DNA of 64,000 nt from Tubiluchus corallicola (GCA_030141605.1 JAQGDQ010002386.1:186001-250000), one strand, 5' to 3'. Positions 24,503-38,349 are shown, counted from the first letter of the stretch. Numbers and translations: made by a program. Notes: generated from the letters alone by a model not told the origin.

Positions 24503-26453
24503 AGCTTGATACTGTTGCTGCTATCTTGTGGTTGTGTGTATGAAGTTTACATATGTACACATTGGTGCTGACCATCTGAAGGTTTTCAAGGAAATGAATT
24601 CATTATATTTATAAAGATTGTCTTCCTGATTTGCTTGTGTTTTTCTTCTGTAGGCTATTAATATTATTTTTATGTTACTGTTCTGTTTGTGTTGCTTGCT
24701 TATTTCTAGCTTCCTAGTCTTTATATATAACTATGCATTACTTTCCAGTGAGAAATAACTTACCAAGAGTATGAAAGTTCACAAAAAGTCCTACTTTAAC
24801 TTTCAGAAAACTTGCCATGTGATTTGAAATTGTGTTTGACAAATTTGCTGCTTTGATATGCTGTGCTGCTTTAATTGTATTTGCATAATTATGTAAATAT
24901 GTGCCATTTACTGACTATTCGCCAGTCTTGGCACAGCTACATCTCCAGAAGTAAAGTTTGAGAAAAAAAATGTATACTGATGTGCAATTATTAAATTGCC
25001 TTCTGCTTGTTTCCATACTTCAGTAATGTGAGGAGAACAATGGTAGAGCAAAATAATTTTGCATAAATTGCCATGGATTTAATTAATCTGAAATTCTGAA
25101 TGAAACTGTAGCTTATTCTCATTTCCATCATTATGGCTGAATATCTTCTACAGTATGTGACCATCAGCTGTCCAATGTTGTGCCAGTCTCAAACTTCGAT
25201 TTGGGAAGTGCTCACTGTAAAGGCTTATAGAGCAAAAAACAGTCTTTTTCAGAAGAAATAGTTGTGTTTTCTATTATAAATTGGTCAGAAATCCGACTCA
25301 GTTTTTGTTCATTTCCGGTTGTTTGAACATCTGACACAAGTTCAACTTTAACTATTTATATTATTTGAACAGTTTGAATTATGGTTGATTGTGTTTTCTG
25401 CTCCTAAAAATATTAACCTTCACACTTGAACAACTTTATTGTGCTTTTTCAGCCATCATTGATATCAGTGTAATTTGTAACTAGTCTTATAAGCATTATG
25501 ACCTGGTCAGTAAAGCAGCTAAAGTTAAAAACACTATTAAAATGAGTTCTTTGCATTTCTGGCAAATAGCCAACCAGTTAATAACCTTAATTTCAGTTAG
25601 AATCGGATTAAATTAGAAGCCAAACATAGAAAGCAAGTACATGTATATTATTTTGCTGTCAGAATAAGTATTGCAAAATTTGATTTTTCAGTGATGCTGA
25701 ATATGCTTTTGAAATATCCAGGATGCTTCACTGGACTTTTGTGAAAGGATATCATGACTTTGTCCCACGTTGTATACATCATTATTTCACATTTCTGTAG
25801 CAACTTGTCCTGTATGTTGAATGTCTCATTTAAGCCGTTTGCAAAAAATGCCGTCCAATTTAATGTCAAAAAGGGATTACAAAACTTGTTTTTCTTTTAT
25901 TAGGCAGTGAATGATGCCCGTAGGCTGAAGATTCCTTTACTTTGACATTCTTCGTCTAGGTATTGCATCTATTCATGAGATCTTTTGCAGCAACTCACTT
26001 TAGAACTGGGTTTGAATAAACCATTGAAAAATCTGCTTCAGTACGAATATACTAGCTGTGAGTTGCTGGAGTAAGCTTTGATAATCAAATCACAGTTTTG
26101 TGGGGGTTTGTCTTCGCAACTTTTTTGTCTTGTGTGTTTCTTCTGCTTTATGTAACTACCTGTACAATAGTAATCGTGAAAACTATAAATGTACTCTACT
26201 TTTATTATTTAGTTTTATTATTTATAGTTTGGTTGCCACAGCAATTTTCTATTGCATAGATAGGATACACTGAGGTTGTGCTGTTATTAATATTTAAATG
26301 AGTTGCAAGTTTGATCATTTTAGACATATGTTGTAAATATTTACCACACTATATGTACTTGTTAGGATCAGTGTGGTTTGTATACTGGCTTTAACACTTT
26401 GTTGTTACCTCACATAATGAGGTAAAAAAATTACCTCATTATGTGAGGATACT

Positions 26454-26463
26454 AATAAATAAA
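26454..26463 (+). terminator. Candidate LRRFIP polyadenylation signal (overlapping AATAAA x2)
   Basis: aataaataaa ~1.95 kb after the stop codon; other AATAAA sites exist (e.g. ~26015). Confidence 0.35.
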
Positions 26464-28927
26464 ATGTTTCAAACATACTTAAAAGCTTGACTTGAATATT
26501 TTACAAAACTGAAATTGATAATCTTCATTTTCTGCTGTGCAAAGAGTGTGGTGAACTTATGACAAAGGTCAAGGGTCAGTATTTAAGATACCCTGTGCAT
26601 GCAGTCCAATACATTTTTGACAAATGTCAAAGGTCGCAGTCCAATAAATTTTTGACAAAAGTTGAAGGTCAAGTTTAATATGTATAAAATTAATATGAAT
26701 TTCTGCAGTAGTTCGTGCACTTTTGTAAGAAAATGGGCAATAACAAAGCGAAATTAGCTTAACATAATGTGAGTTATGCCATAAATTCATATGAAAATGA
26801 AGTTTCACTGAAAGGTCATCATCTAAGATGAGTTTACAGTTTATGTATAACATGTTTATTGTTGGATATTGAATAAACATTTGAATAATTTCGATCATCC
26901 ATATGATGGTGAGAACAAATCCAAATGACTGCCTTACCAAATATGCATATCAAGGCAAATTTAACTAACAATTTATCAGAGAATATTTTACTGATTAAAT
27001 TATCAGTAATTAAAAATGTAGATACAAAGTGTTGTGGAATCACTAGTATGTACCACATATTAGCTGAGCCCAAGCTCTTTCACTTAAAAATGGGCACATT
27101 GCTCCTGTCTGACAAATAGTTAATAAAAAAGCCCCGTTAATTATGATCACAATTATATGTCTTTTAAAAGAGGCTGGAGCCTTTAGAAACTGTGTCTTCG
27201 TGTACCAGTTACTTGGCACACTTTTTGTGTTCACTAATTGATTACATCTCACATTACTTTCTTTATCCCAATTGCTCAATCCCAATTTTCCACAAGTAAA
27301 TATCAGAGTAACACATGTAGAGCCAAATTTTTTCATTGATGCGTTGTAGTCAACCAAACCTGTCGTTTCATAACGTCATCTTCCTTTTAATCCTAATGCA
27401 AGAGCTGTCACGTGCTTTATTATGCAAACAGATCCAAAGTTCATCGTAAGCCAACTGAGTAATGGGGGAGCTTAATGCGTGATTGAGAGGAAACTGCAGA
27501 CTTACATCTTATGTATAAACGATTTATTTTTGTGTTTTGTGCATTGTGCTTTCTCAATAATAACGTGGCAGGTATTTTTATGTATGTCAAAGTTTGGTGT
27601 GAACTTAATTACCTTAGTTTTTTTCCTAGCTAACCTACCAGCGGGAATTTATGTAAATCAAGAACAAGAAAAACCAAAATTCAGTGGTGTGTCTTCTGTT
27701 TATTTTCACATAATTTATCAGCACAAATGACATTGCAGTAACACAGACAAGTTTTAAAGGCATTTAAATCAAACAAAAAGTATTGCTTAAAAGAACTTAA
27801 CATTCTTCAAGCAAGAGATAATGTAATTCACAGGAAACAATTCTGAAAGGCCTTGTGGAAGAAACTTGACTTATATAAACAGCTGTCTTCTATTACCATC
27901 GTAAAATTGTGAGGAACAGCAGCAAAACGAGTTATTCAAAACAAATGCTGAGGCTTATGAAACTAACGAGCAAAGAGAAGAGCATGCTTATCATAGTGAC
28001 AGAAGAGACTTCATTAGCAATTATAAACAAACAATTAGACAATAGAAAAAAGAAAAGACACGGCACTTCAGTACACTATTAGGTGAGAAAGAGAAACGCA
28101 AACAATCAACAATTTTTTTGGATTTTGTAATATAGACACTTCTTAAAAGTGCAGAAAATCTTACCACATGCGAAAGAACACAATTATGAAAAATGCACAG
28201 ATTGGGACAATAATCATGATTCTCATTTATTGTCTAATGTTGTCCAACGACAGAATTTCGTCAGATCTGAGTTCTCGCTGGTACTTTATCAGATTCTGGT
28301 AGCATATAAAGTAGCTGTGCAAAATCGCGTCACTCGAATTACGGACTTTTTCATATGTATATGCAATAGCTTGGCTTGGCTGGACCTGTATTTCTAGGTC
28401 ACAAAGACACGAGATTGCAAAATCAGTTTTAAGTGGAAATGATGAAAATCTGTCTTCAGCTCGCTTTATGTTCAAATTTTCGCCAAAACATCGGACAAGC
28501 TTTTGTCAAAATTAATGAGGAGTAAGAACTTTGGGTTCACTAAACAATGGATAGCAATTTTACTGAATTGTAGACATCTGTTATTGTAGAGAGAAACTGA
28601 GGCTGGCAATTGGCTTAAGTTAAAACATATGCACTGGTATGAATTGACCAACGTCCACTAAGCTGTTAACAAATGTCATTCACAGCTTTTGACGTACCAA
28701 GAGCAATATCAACAAGCCACTTTTTGTGATGTAATGTCGCCAATATTTAGCCCACTGAACGATGAGAAGTGCTACATCAGTACTAGATAAGATGGCATCT
28801 GCTACTGGTCAAGATTGCAACTAAATTCTCCAGCTCATTTTAGAGCTCAGTTTTGTAAGCGTTCTTCTGAGGTGGTTGCGTTTTAACAGCTGAAACTTTT
28901 TGCAGTTATCCATAGAACAAATTGTCA

Positions 28928-30330
28928 GATGATTGATTCCTGCGCTGACCTGAACAACCCATTAACCACGATTGCTACCCAGATGCACAAGATCCAGAAA
29001 CAGTTCCTTGTATTTGCCATGAAGGCTGGAACGGAGATTACTACGATAGTCAAGGGGCATATTAGAACATGCACGCCAAATGCCATAGGTCCATCAATTC
29101 CTAACTGTAGCTGTTTGGAAAGATGTGGAGACCTATGTGAAATAGACACTGACCCCTCCCTCCCACCCCTTGCCAAAACAGGGATATCTGCACAAAAATT
29201 AATGATACTTTTTTTGTCTGTATGATTTTGTGCTACTGTATAGAAAAAAGTCCCTGCATCAGCTATGAGAAATGATACCTATATACTAGATTCAGATGAT
29301 GAAGCTCCGCCGTTTTGTGACTGTGTGATCCTGCTTAGAAGGCGAATTTTATGTCATTTTTACTCTTTGCCAGGACTACGACTGTGTTAATGGAGAATGC
29401 AAACCAGAATCAAATAATTCAACTTAGCCTCATTGTGACTGCGAAGAAACTTACATAGGAGATCATTGTAATATTGATCTTCTTTGTAAGCCGAGTCCGT
29501 GTGTGAGTGGAGGGACGTGTTCTGATGACTACTATATGTGTGCTATATGCAGGCCAGAATGGGTAGGAAATAACTACAAATATTACAAATCCTTGTAAAT
29601 CTGCACCTTGTCTGAAGGTAAAAAATGCACTCAAAATACCACAAATCCATCATTTCCTACAACTGTATAGAAGGGATTTGAGGGAGACTTCTGTGAAATG
29701 GACATTGATCCTTGTTTGTCAAGTCCTTGTGAGAACAGAGCCCTGTGCACGGAAATTAATGACATTATTAAGTGTGACTGCTTCTGTGACAATCAGATAA
29801 TCCGTGTGAACATGGAAACTGTGAACCTTACAGCAATGATACATCGAAGCCACATCGCCACTTTGACGCTGGATAAATGGGTAAATATTTTGATCAACCA
29901 GTGTGACTCTAATCCATGCCCGCCACAATGACAGGACTTGCTTTGATGTTGTATATCAATATTATTGTCATTTCAGGCCCAGAATAGCTGGGTAGTAGAT
30001 GCACCATGAGGAATCCATGTCATAATTCTCCTTGTCTTGATTGCGTCTGCTACCTCAGCCCTAAGAACCTTGTGATGTACATTGTGCCAGAGAGAAGTAC
30101 ACCAGTTTCTGTGTGATTTGCAGCCACGTCAAAATGGTGGGACGTTCACGTGTACATGCGCAGACGGTTGGTGGGTGAATGATGTGAAGTGCACTATTCG
30201 TGTTTCCCGAATCCTTGTCATTATGTGGTCAGTGAATTGTTGAGGAAAGTGACAACAGCATTGTTATTTGTAAATGTGCTGTTGGTTGGATTGGCTAATT
30301 TTGTGAAACAAGCGGTGGTCCATGTAATGT
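28928..30330 (+). pseudogene. Decayed tandem EGF-repeat gene (Notch/Delta/fibropellin-like)
   Basis: Fragments in shifting frames: CICHEGWNG, GDLCEIDTDP, CVNGEC, CDCEETYIGDHCNIDLCKPSPCVSGGTC, EGFEGDFCEMDIDPCLSSPCENRALC, NGGTFTCTCADGW, CKCAVGWIG*FCE; many stops and frameshifts. Confidence 0.85.
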
Positions 30331-30534
30331 TAAATGTTATCTAGAATATAAATATTTTTTCTTAGCTATTAAGTTATGAAAATACTGAAATAAAACTTTT
30401 AACGAAACGCTGAATTTGCAACGTATCTGTACACTTAGAGGTCCTCAGCTTTATGAACGATCTTCATTATGTTAACGGTGTTAGCTTATCTGGCTTTAAC
30501 TATAATGCTGCAATGAAGTTGGGTCTTCACCGCC

Positions 30535-30635
30535 AGGGCGTCTGATTGGCCGCTCCTCTAGTTAGTTTGTTCCCTCGTATTTCGCATGCCAAATGGTCAG
30601 GGTTCAAAGCTAGGGTGATGAAACTTTATACAAAC
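30535..30635 (+). promoter_or_regulatory. Candidate promoter of the membrane-protein gene (GC box-like gggcg, inverted CCAAT gattgg, TATA-like tttatac)
   Basis: Motifs at ~30536, ~30544 and ~30626 directly upstream of ATG 30665. Confidence 0.35.
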
Positions 30636-30664
30636 AGACAGAGATTTGTAGAAATAATTCGCCT

Positions 30665-33600
30665 ATGATCTTGTCTTGTGTACTTCATGCAGGTTTGCCT
30701 TCGGAACAGGTGCCACGATAGTAAAGACACCTGTCCGTTTACTTCCTGAATCAAAGATACTGTTCCATATCGGCAGTTTTATACCTTGTATGCAAAACTG
30801 ATATGGATACCATCAATGGATCGAAACATCACAATATAGTGGTAAGGGGTGAAAATAAATGGCGGTTTGCCATCCTTACAGTCCTACGAAATCCTATATC
30901 TACTCCATAATCGAATTTATAAAAAAGATAATTATTAAATTCAGAATCAAGATGATGTACATACACTGTATATTTTTGTGTCACTATTTAGGTGGACATT
31001 TTTTGTCTCTTGATCATTTTATTTTGATTCCCACTTTGTCTCTGACTATGCTGACAACTGGATCAGTTAAAGTTTGCTCTGTAAACAAAATTAAATACCA
31101 TTGACATGGCTAGATATTATACTTTATCATTCATATTTGCTTCTGCTTCTGTTTGCAGAATATCACCTTTCTCTCTTACTCTTATTATTAATCACCTATG
31201 TGCAGTATCTGGATAACTGGCACGGCAATAGAACTATAAAAGGGAGTTCTGGGAAAAAATTAAGTCAGGTTTATAGTCTTGATTTGTGGTCCTTGTGAAG
31301 CGAAGTCAAAAGCTCTCTTTGTTGATAGATCGTGCAGTAACAATAGGTCCTAGAATCTAGGCTTGTATGTACGGAACGGCATACATACTTACTGTTAGGA
31401 AAGAACCAATATCTCAAAGACAGAACATGGTAACATGTAGCCTACATTTTAAGCATGATATGTAAGACTGCCATACTAACTCAGTGTGCCATTGGTAAAT
31501 ACATAAATGCATAGATATAGCCCAACTATCATCGCAGTATGTACAACTATTGCCTCGTACAATAATAGTACCCGTACAGGGGCAGTTACAACAATGTTAT
31601 AAAAAAGCACAGGCAGTTCCAAAACCTAATATACAACACAGCTATAAATATTGTAACACATCATCAGACGTCAGTCAGGTCTGAGGTAGCAAACAAGTTT
31701 CTTATCACACTTCTGACACCAGTGTAGTGAAGAGGCGCTTCGTGTCAAATTATGTTGATGTGCGCAGCTCAGTTAGATCAAGACAGAAGAGAGATTTATT
31801 GTAAAATCCCTTGCCAGGCCCTTTGTTGCGTGTTCTTGGCGATGGTCTGAATCGTCAGATTTTTTAATTAAAACACATTTGCTGCTAGTCAAACGTTCAG
31901 GTGTCAGTTTGTTTTTGCATATACATGTAAATTATATTATCTGCTAGCACAGAGTCCAGTTCATGTATCAGGCATAAAGCTAAAATAGGCTAGATGCATT
32001 AAATAATCATGCTTTTTTTAGTTTTTCTGCATTCTTTAACGTTGGCCTTACCTATTTTCAGCTTTTACAGTGGTTGCCTTTAGTAATGCGACCCAAGCAG
32101 TCAACTGGGCTTATCACGTCCGTTTCAATGGCGTCTCCAAGAAATTAAAATGGAGTGCGCCTGAGAGTGAGATGTCCGATGAGAACTTGTGTTTCTTTGC
32201 ACAGTATAAAATCAACAGCACTTCATGGAAGGTTGGTTTCGCTATTAGTTATTCTTGCCATTCGATTTTTACGTGCAATCAAATAGATAATTACTCCTTA
32301 TTTCAATGATGTCTATTTGATTTAATACCAAAAAGGTGCTAGAAAGCACATTTTTGATGACTGTCATCAAAAGAAATGAATTAACAAAATCCTTCAACGG
32401 AAACTTACATTCGACTTTTAACTCTCATTCTGTTCTGTAATCCGAATGCAGAGAAAGTTGTTATTTAGCATGTCGTTTGATGTACAGTGCACAAGGTACA
32501 TAGCTTTTCCAGTTCGGAATTTTTCTTTTAAATGAAGCCAATTCCTCTCTTGTCCTCCGTAAAGATTTTATAGTCCTACTCTGCCAGCCCATTCTGCATT
32601 GTAGTTCCTATTATTGCATTAAATAAAGTTGAACTCGAGTGACATCACATATTAATTATTTAGAAGCTCGACTGTCACATGTGCTCTCGGGTGTCCTTTA
32701 TTATGAATACTACAAGTTTCAATTTTGCCAGGATTTACCTTGTGGCGATGGACGGATTTCGCACAGCGTCAGGTCTGCTCGTATCGGATCATGTGAAGGT
32801 TATAGTTCAGATTTGACTTATGGTATGACAACTTGCTTATGCCAGAAGGATGAAATGCAGGATTACACTTGCCCTCCTGCGTCTGAAGCTATGACAGGTA
32901 GCATTAATTACTGATCTCATAACTGGAACAACTAAAACTCCCTTTTCAACATTTAACATTTCACTGCCATTAGACCATTTTCCTACTCTGTGGAAAACCG
33001 CTAACGTCTGTCACCAACTCCAATCTTCTCAGTCTTGAAACTAGTCAAAATGAAGAACTAATCAAAATTAACAATTGGATGATAGCTAACAAACTAACAG
33101 TAAATTATAACAAGATCAAGTACATATTGATTACTAATAAACCTACTCGTCCTATTACAATCAAAATAAGCAATAATGTTCTTTATCAAACAAATAGAAT
33201 CAAATATCTTGAACTACATATAGACGTTCACATGAAATAGAATACATACATAAAAACCATTGCGGATAAAGTTAATAAAAATTCTTGTACAATCAGCAGA
33301 CTTACGTACTACACTGATACAAAAACCGTGAAGATGATATACTACTTTTATACATCCCTATTTGCTTTGGGATGGGGGAGAGCAAAAAATAATAGCCTGC
33401 AATAATATATGTATAGACTGCGAGAGATCCAGGTTGGTTTTGATATGATTGTGATTAACGAAGAAAACCATGCGACATTTTTAGTTTTACGATACGTCAC
33501 GATGTCGAGGTAAAAAAGCAAATAATGGACACCTATAGACGTAAAATTCTACGAAAAGTTTATTATATTTCAGTTTTGTTATGGGTTGATGTATTTATCT

Positions 33601-35236
33601 ACGCATTGTTTGGAATACCTTGCGTCCTATTGGTGTTTGTACTAACGCCATATCTCATATGCTCAAAACGCAAAGACTGTAAGAATGAAGATGATGATGA
33701 TGATGAAGACATTCCATTAGATGACAGCTCTTCAGTATCAAGTCTTGCAAATGGTGTTGTTAGTGAACAAAGGCAGGAAGTGCGGCAATCCTTGAGTGCC
33801 GTGAACAATACAATAATTTCAAATGACGGTGTGTCTTTGGAGAACTTTGATACTCGAACAAGCTTCAGTTATGTCGCAACAGACGGCACTATAGTATCAC
33901 ATGGGACTCGGCCACAGGAAAATAATAATTATGATTTAAGAAGCATTACGGAACCAATACGTCCCGAACAAGGTACAAATAATGTTTTCGTGGTTCTACG
34001 TAACACATATTTAGTTGCTTTACTTAGTGAAATATTTGAATTTTCAGCAAAATGTAAAATTGTAAAGAAAAACTAAATTCTTAAAGGGGAATAAAATGGA
34101 ACTTTAAGGTATATCCCCCAAAAAACTTTCCACACAAAGTTACGTTACCCAGCCTTACGCTTACCTGTTTGAACGACTTATGTAATTGGATATTCATGTA
34201 TCCCAGTCATCACCACTGACTCAACCAAAAAATGCATTGCTAATCTTACCAACGGCGTAAAGTAATTCATACTTTTGCTTAGTTAGCAAAGAGTGTGCTA
34301 CGAATGCTCTAATTTTTTGAAACTTTACCCAATGTTATCTAAACTTGTTTCAAATGACTTGCAGTCAAAATGGCTGCGCCAAATGGTCATCGCCGGACTT
34401 TAAATTTACAAGTTTTATACAGCGTTACTGATAGCGCAAACTCCGCGTGTAGTAAGATATCACGTTAGTGATAAAAAATTTCAAGACGAATTTTTAAGCT
34501 TTAATTCTCAAGAGGGTATTCTTGTCATTTGAAATGGGATTCAGGTTTTGTTATGTGATTTAACTTGTGAAGTGGTTTCTGATAAACCCGTTTGTACTTC
34601 GTTAGTTTTTTTGTATTCTTCTCCCTTTCCTTTTTCATCTTTTCCCCGTTCCATACCTCTTTTCGTATTTTAACGCAAGTTTTTGTTGCTTTCTTTCTGT
34701 TTTCCTTCTTGTGCGTTTCTCGTCTTCTTCTGCGACGTTGCTATTTGCCCCTTTTCATTTTTCTCTTGTTTTTCATCTTTTTTGCTGTATTTCTTCTTCT
34801 TTTTTTTCAGTTTTTCACATTTTGTGTTTGTTTTTGGTTTCGATGTAAATCTTTGTTATATTATATTATATTATATTATATTATATTATATTATATTATA
34901 TTATATTATATTATATTATATTATATTATATTATATTATATTATATTATATTATATTATATTATATTATATTATATTATATTATATTATATTATATTATA
35001 TTATATTATATTATATTATATTATATTATATTATATTATATTATATTATATTATATTATATTATATTATATTATATTATATTATATTATATTATATTATA
35101 TTATTTAATTTCTGATGCTGATGATGATTTTACGTTTTGCAATTTTTTGTCTTTTTTTATAGGAGCAGATGCAGCTCCACCTGCTTATGAAGACTTATCA
35201 CCTCCAGAGTACAATGCTGCTGTTAGACTTGAATGA
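30665..35236 (+). CDS. Single-pass type I membrane protein (~302 aa): signal peptide, FN3/cytokine-receptor-like Cys-containing ectodomain, TM helix, acidic cytoplasmic tail with two PPxY motifs; exons 30665-30692, 32062-32235 (or 32231), 32664-32897, 33574-33972, 35163-35236
   Basis: MILSCVLHA|AFTVVAFSNA signal peptide across a phase-1 intron; LKWSAP..FFAQYK..SW; TM LLWVDVFIYALFGIPCVLLVFVLTPYLIC followed by KRK; last exon PPAYEDLSPPEY; exons 3-4-5 join in phase 1. Exon 2/3 junction is ambiguous. Confidence 0.7.
32980..33410 (+). mobile_element. Degenerate LINE RT fragment in intron of membrane-protein gene
   Basis: ELIKINNWMIANKLTVNYNK..IKYLELHID..HIKTI..SRL. Confidence 0.8.
34856..35104. 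repeat. (TTATA)n microsatellite, ~49 perfect copies
   Basis: Direct reading; explains spurious YYIIL ORFs. Confidence 0.98.
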
Positions 35237-38200
35237 CTGAGCGCTATAAATTTTCACTAAATTTGAGGTCTTGTATTTATTATATTTAAATATACGACGT
35301 TTCGGCTACATTCTGCAACCTTTTTCAAATGATTATTAAAAATGATCAAATTGCGCCCAATATTCTATTGTGCGTCTGTCCTATTTAGTATAGAAAATCT
35401 CTCAAATGGACACTATTATGCCTTCTGTACGCTGGTCGTCCCAGCACTTTCATTGTATATAAATTTTGTTTTTACAAAGTGCAAATGAGTAAACTAAAGC
35501 TAAACTAATTAAGTAAATAACAACTGTATAACGACATATTTAAATCTTAAAACATTGCGAGTGACAAAATATCTGCAATTTAGATTTTTTGGCGAGAACA
35601 ACAGATTTTTTGCAATGCACTTTTGAACTTGAAAAGGTGTGGATCTTAAAACATTCCAAGCGACAAAATAGATCAGAACTGCATTGTATTATTGAGCTAC
35701 GATGTACTATTTATAGTCGTGAGTCAACAATCAACCGCCTCCCCGGGGCCTCTTGGTTTTTACCTACGTAGAATTTCTGATGCATCACCCCCCACCATCA
35801 CTCCGCACTGTGAATTAATTCCGCAAATAAGCTGCATTATTGCATTGTGTTGACGATCTAATGAAATTTACATAAATTTCAATGTACGGTTTCACTTCTA
35901 TTCACTGGGATAATTACTTTCGTGCGACGAATATTGCGTATTAACCAGGCGGCCATGTTTTTATATTTTTACAGTCCAGCAATAATCGGACACTGTACTT
36001 ATTTTTGACGATTGGCGTGACCAGAATCTAGTTAAATATTATAGACACTTCTCTGAACCAGCACAGATCCTTTTAGCCGTATTTGGAAGTATCATGTGCA
36101 CGTTTTCCCAATAAGGTAACAGTTGGTGCAGTATGGCAGACGAAACCGTCTAGAGGCAATTTTCCTGTTGGACGCCCATCCATTTACTAATTAGGCCCAA
36201 CATTGGTTAACTTTATACTAATGTCACAAATTTGACTCCACTGTTAGTATACTCACCCTCACCTTCCCACGCGTTTACATTTCTGATTATTAACATTTAC
36301 CATTCGCAAAAATCCCATGGTATTTGGTGAATTTTATGTTGCTTGCATACTTTATTTACTTTTTAGCTAAACGTTGTTTTTACAACAACTAATAGACGCG
36401 CTTCTATTAGCATGCAATGTCTAAACCACAGCAAACTCAATTATATGTTAAATATAAAAGGCTTAAAAGCTGTGGTAGCTATATGCTTTTTTACTTAAAT
36501 TTGAATTTAGTCTAACATTAAAACATCAGTGAAATTATTTTTCACTAGTTCTAAAAAATTATTGTAAGCTATTTTAAAAAGTTTGACGCATTTTCTGAAA
36601 AAGATTCTTATTGTAAATGTTTCAAGACGTGCTAATTTGCAAATTATTACAGCAGGAAATGTGCACCTGATCATATGAAACAACCTTGATTGATCAACTG
36701 TTACTGTCAATCAATGCGCGAGCTTTTATCAGGACTGCTATAATAATGCAAAACATTCTTTAAATAAAATTTATATCATAATTATACTCTTGGCAAAAAA
36801 CAATTAGACAGAGAGCACATAGTGTGTAGTTGGCAAATTAAAGTAACTAAGACTCGGAAAACGAGTAAAATCATATAAAATAGTGACGCAAACAACAGGT
36901 ACAAATTGTAAATCTGTAGTGACTGTATACAATTAATAATTAGCAGTTATATTAATAGCGTTGGTGCTGCAGATTTTATCATTTTTAATCTGTGATAATT
37001 TAGGCCGATCTTCCAATATGAGTTCCAATTAGAATGAGTTTATTTTGCATTTTTATACAGGTCTCTATAAGCTAAATAGAGTAAAATAGAATAATATAGC
37101 ACTATTTTATCTTTATGCAAAAATAAGTGAGATAAAATAATATTGATACTGAGGTTTTCGTTTAGATTTTAAAACATACATACGTACTATATGTTCTATC
37201 TATTCATTTAAGGTGGCGAAATTAAAATCAACTTTGAGATTGAGAGACTTCTAATGCCAACTCCATGTTCGTTTAAACTGTCTTTTTGCAAAATTTTTAT
37301 TGTTCTTGTGTCTTATTTCCCGATGCGCATCGTTTCCTTTTTTGTTGTCGGATTTCCTAAAAATTTGATAATACCGGTGTATTCCTATGTGGGAATGTTA
37401 GGCATTGTAAATCGCAAAGAATCGCAAAGCCATATTTTGGAGAAATGAATTGATTGGCGTGAAATAGATTCAAATGTTATAATCACAGACATGCGTTAAA
37501 ATAAACAATAAGAAAAGTTGAAAAAAGTAAGTGCATCACAAAAATTGTTAGTATCCCTATGATTTTAAGAACCGTGATGTATATAGATGTACACAGATAT
37601 ACAGATGATATATAACGCAGTAGCTACAAAATAGAAAAGCAATAATGATTGTAAAAAAACATTAAAAAGGGTTCTTTGGGAGCGTTTTAAGAACTCGTTA
37701 CCAACTTCTAAGATCAAAGTTAAAGGTAAAAAGTGATCTTATTCTTCTCAAATCTAATAATGAAATCTGTCACTGTTACAGTTCAAAATATTGTACTTTT
37801 GCAGGGGAGTTTTGTGAAGAATCTTTAATCGTGCGTGACCTTGCAGAAGTAGCGATTAATTGTAGATAGTGTCCACGCAGCGGCTGAGACTTATGACCTT
37901 TTTCAATGACTTTTTTGTTTTCCATCATCTCTAGTGACTTAATAGCTGAATTCATTTTTGATGTGTGTTGCTTATAGCGTGTTGCAAGGGTTAAATAATT
38001 TCAGGGAAAAAGAAAGACGAATTCGAGTACAATAATAATTTAAACGTTAATAATTTACACTTATATCATGTTTATGATAGATGAAGAGAGGTTTTGTTGA
38101 AACTCTAGTAACGATCGTTAAAGTGCAATATCACTGTTTTACAGCTTGCTATAAAGTGTCGGTAGGAAATAATGGCTTGCTACAGGATCTGTTCTTGCCA

Positions 38201-38349
38201 GATTGAGTGCAGAGAGGGTGAAAGACAGTAAGAGAAATAAAATGCTAATAGAAAAAAGAGCAAAACGAGCGAAAAACGGGGGTAAAAAAAGAATAATAAA
38301 AATAGAAAAAAGAAGTAATGAAAAAGATGAGATGGTGCGCATCCTGAGA

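Noticed and set aside
27043-27400. VDYNASM...WYTK on - strand resembling piggyBac transposase C-terminus
   Set aside because: Too short and degenerate; GGVD motif and TIRs not found
32009-32083. MLFLVFLHSLTLALPIFS signal-peptide-like ORF
   Set aside because: Out of frame with exon 2 and is the polypyrimidine tract; exon 30665-30692 supplies an in-phase start
34592-35236. 214-aa and 141-aa hydrophobic ORFs with YYIIL repeats
   Set aside because: Translation of T-rich intron and (TTATA)n; only the last 74 nt are a real exon
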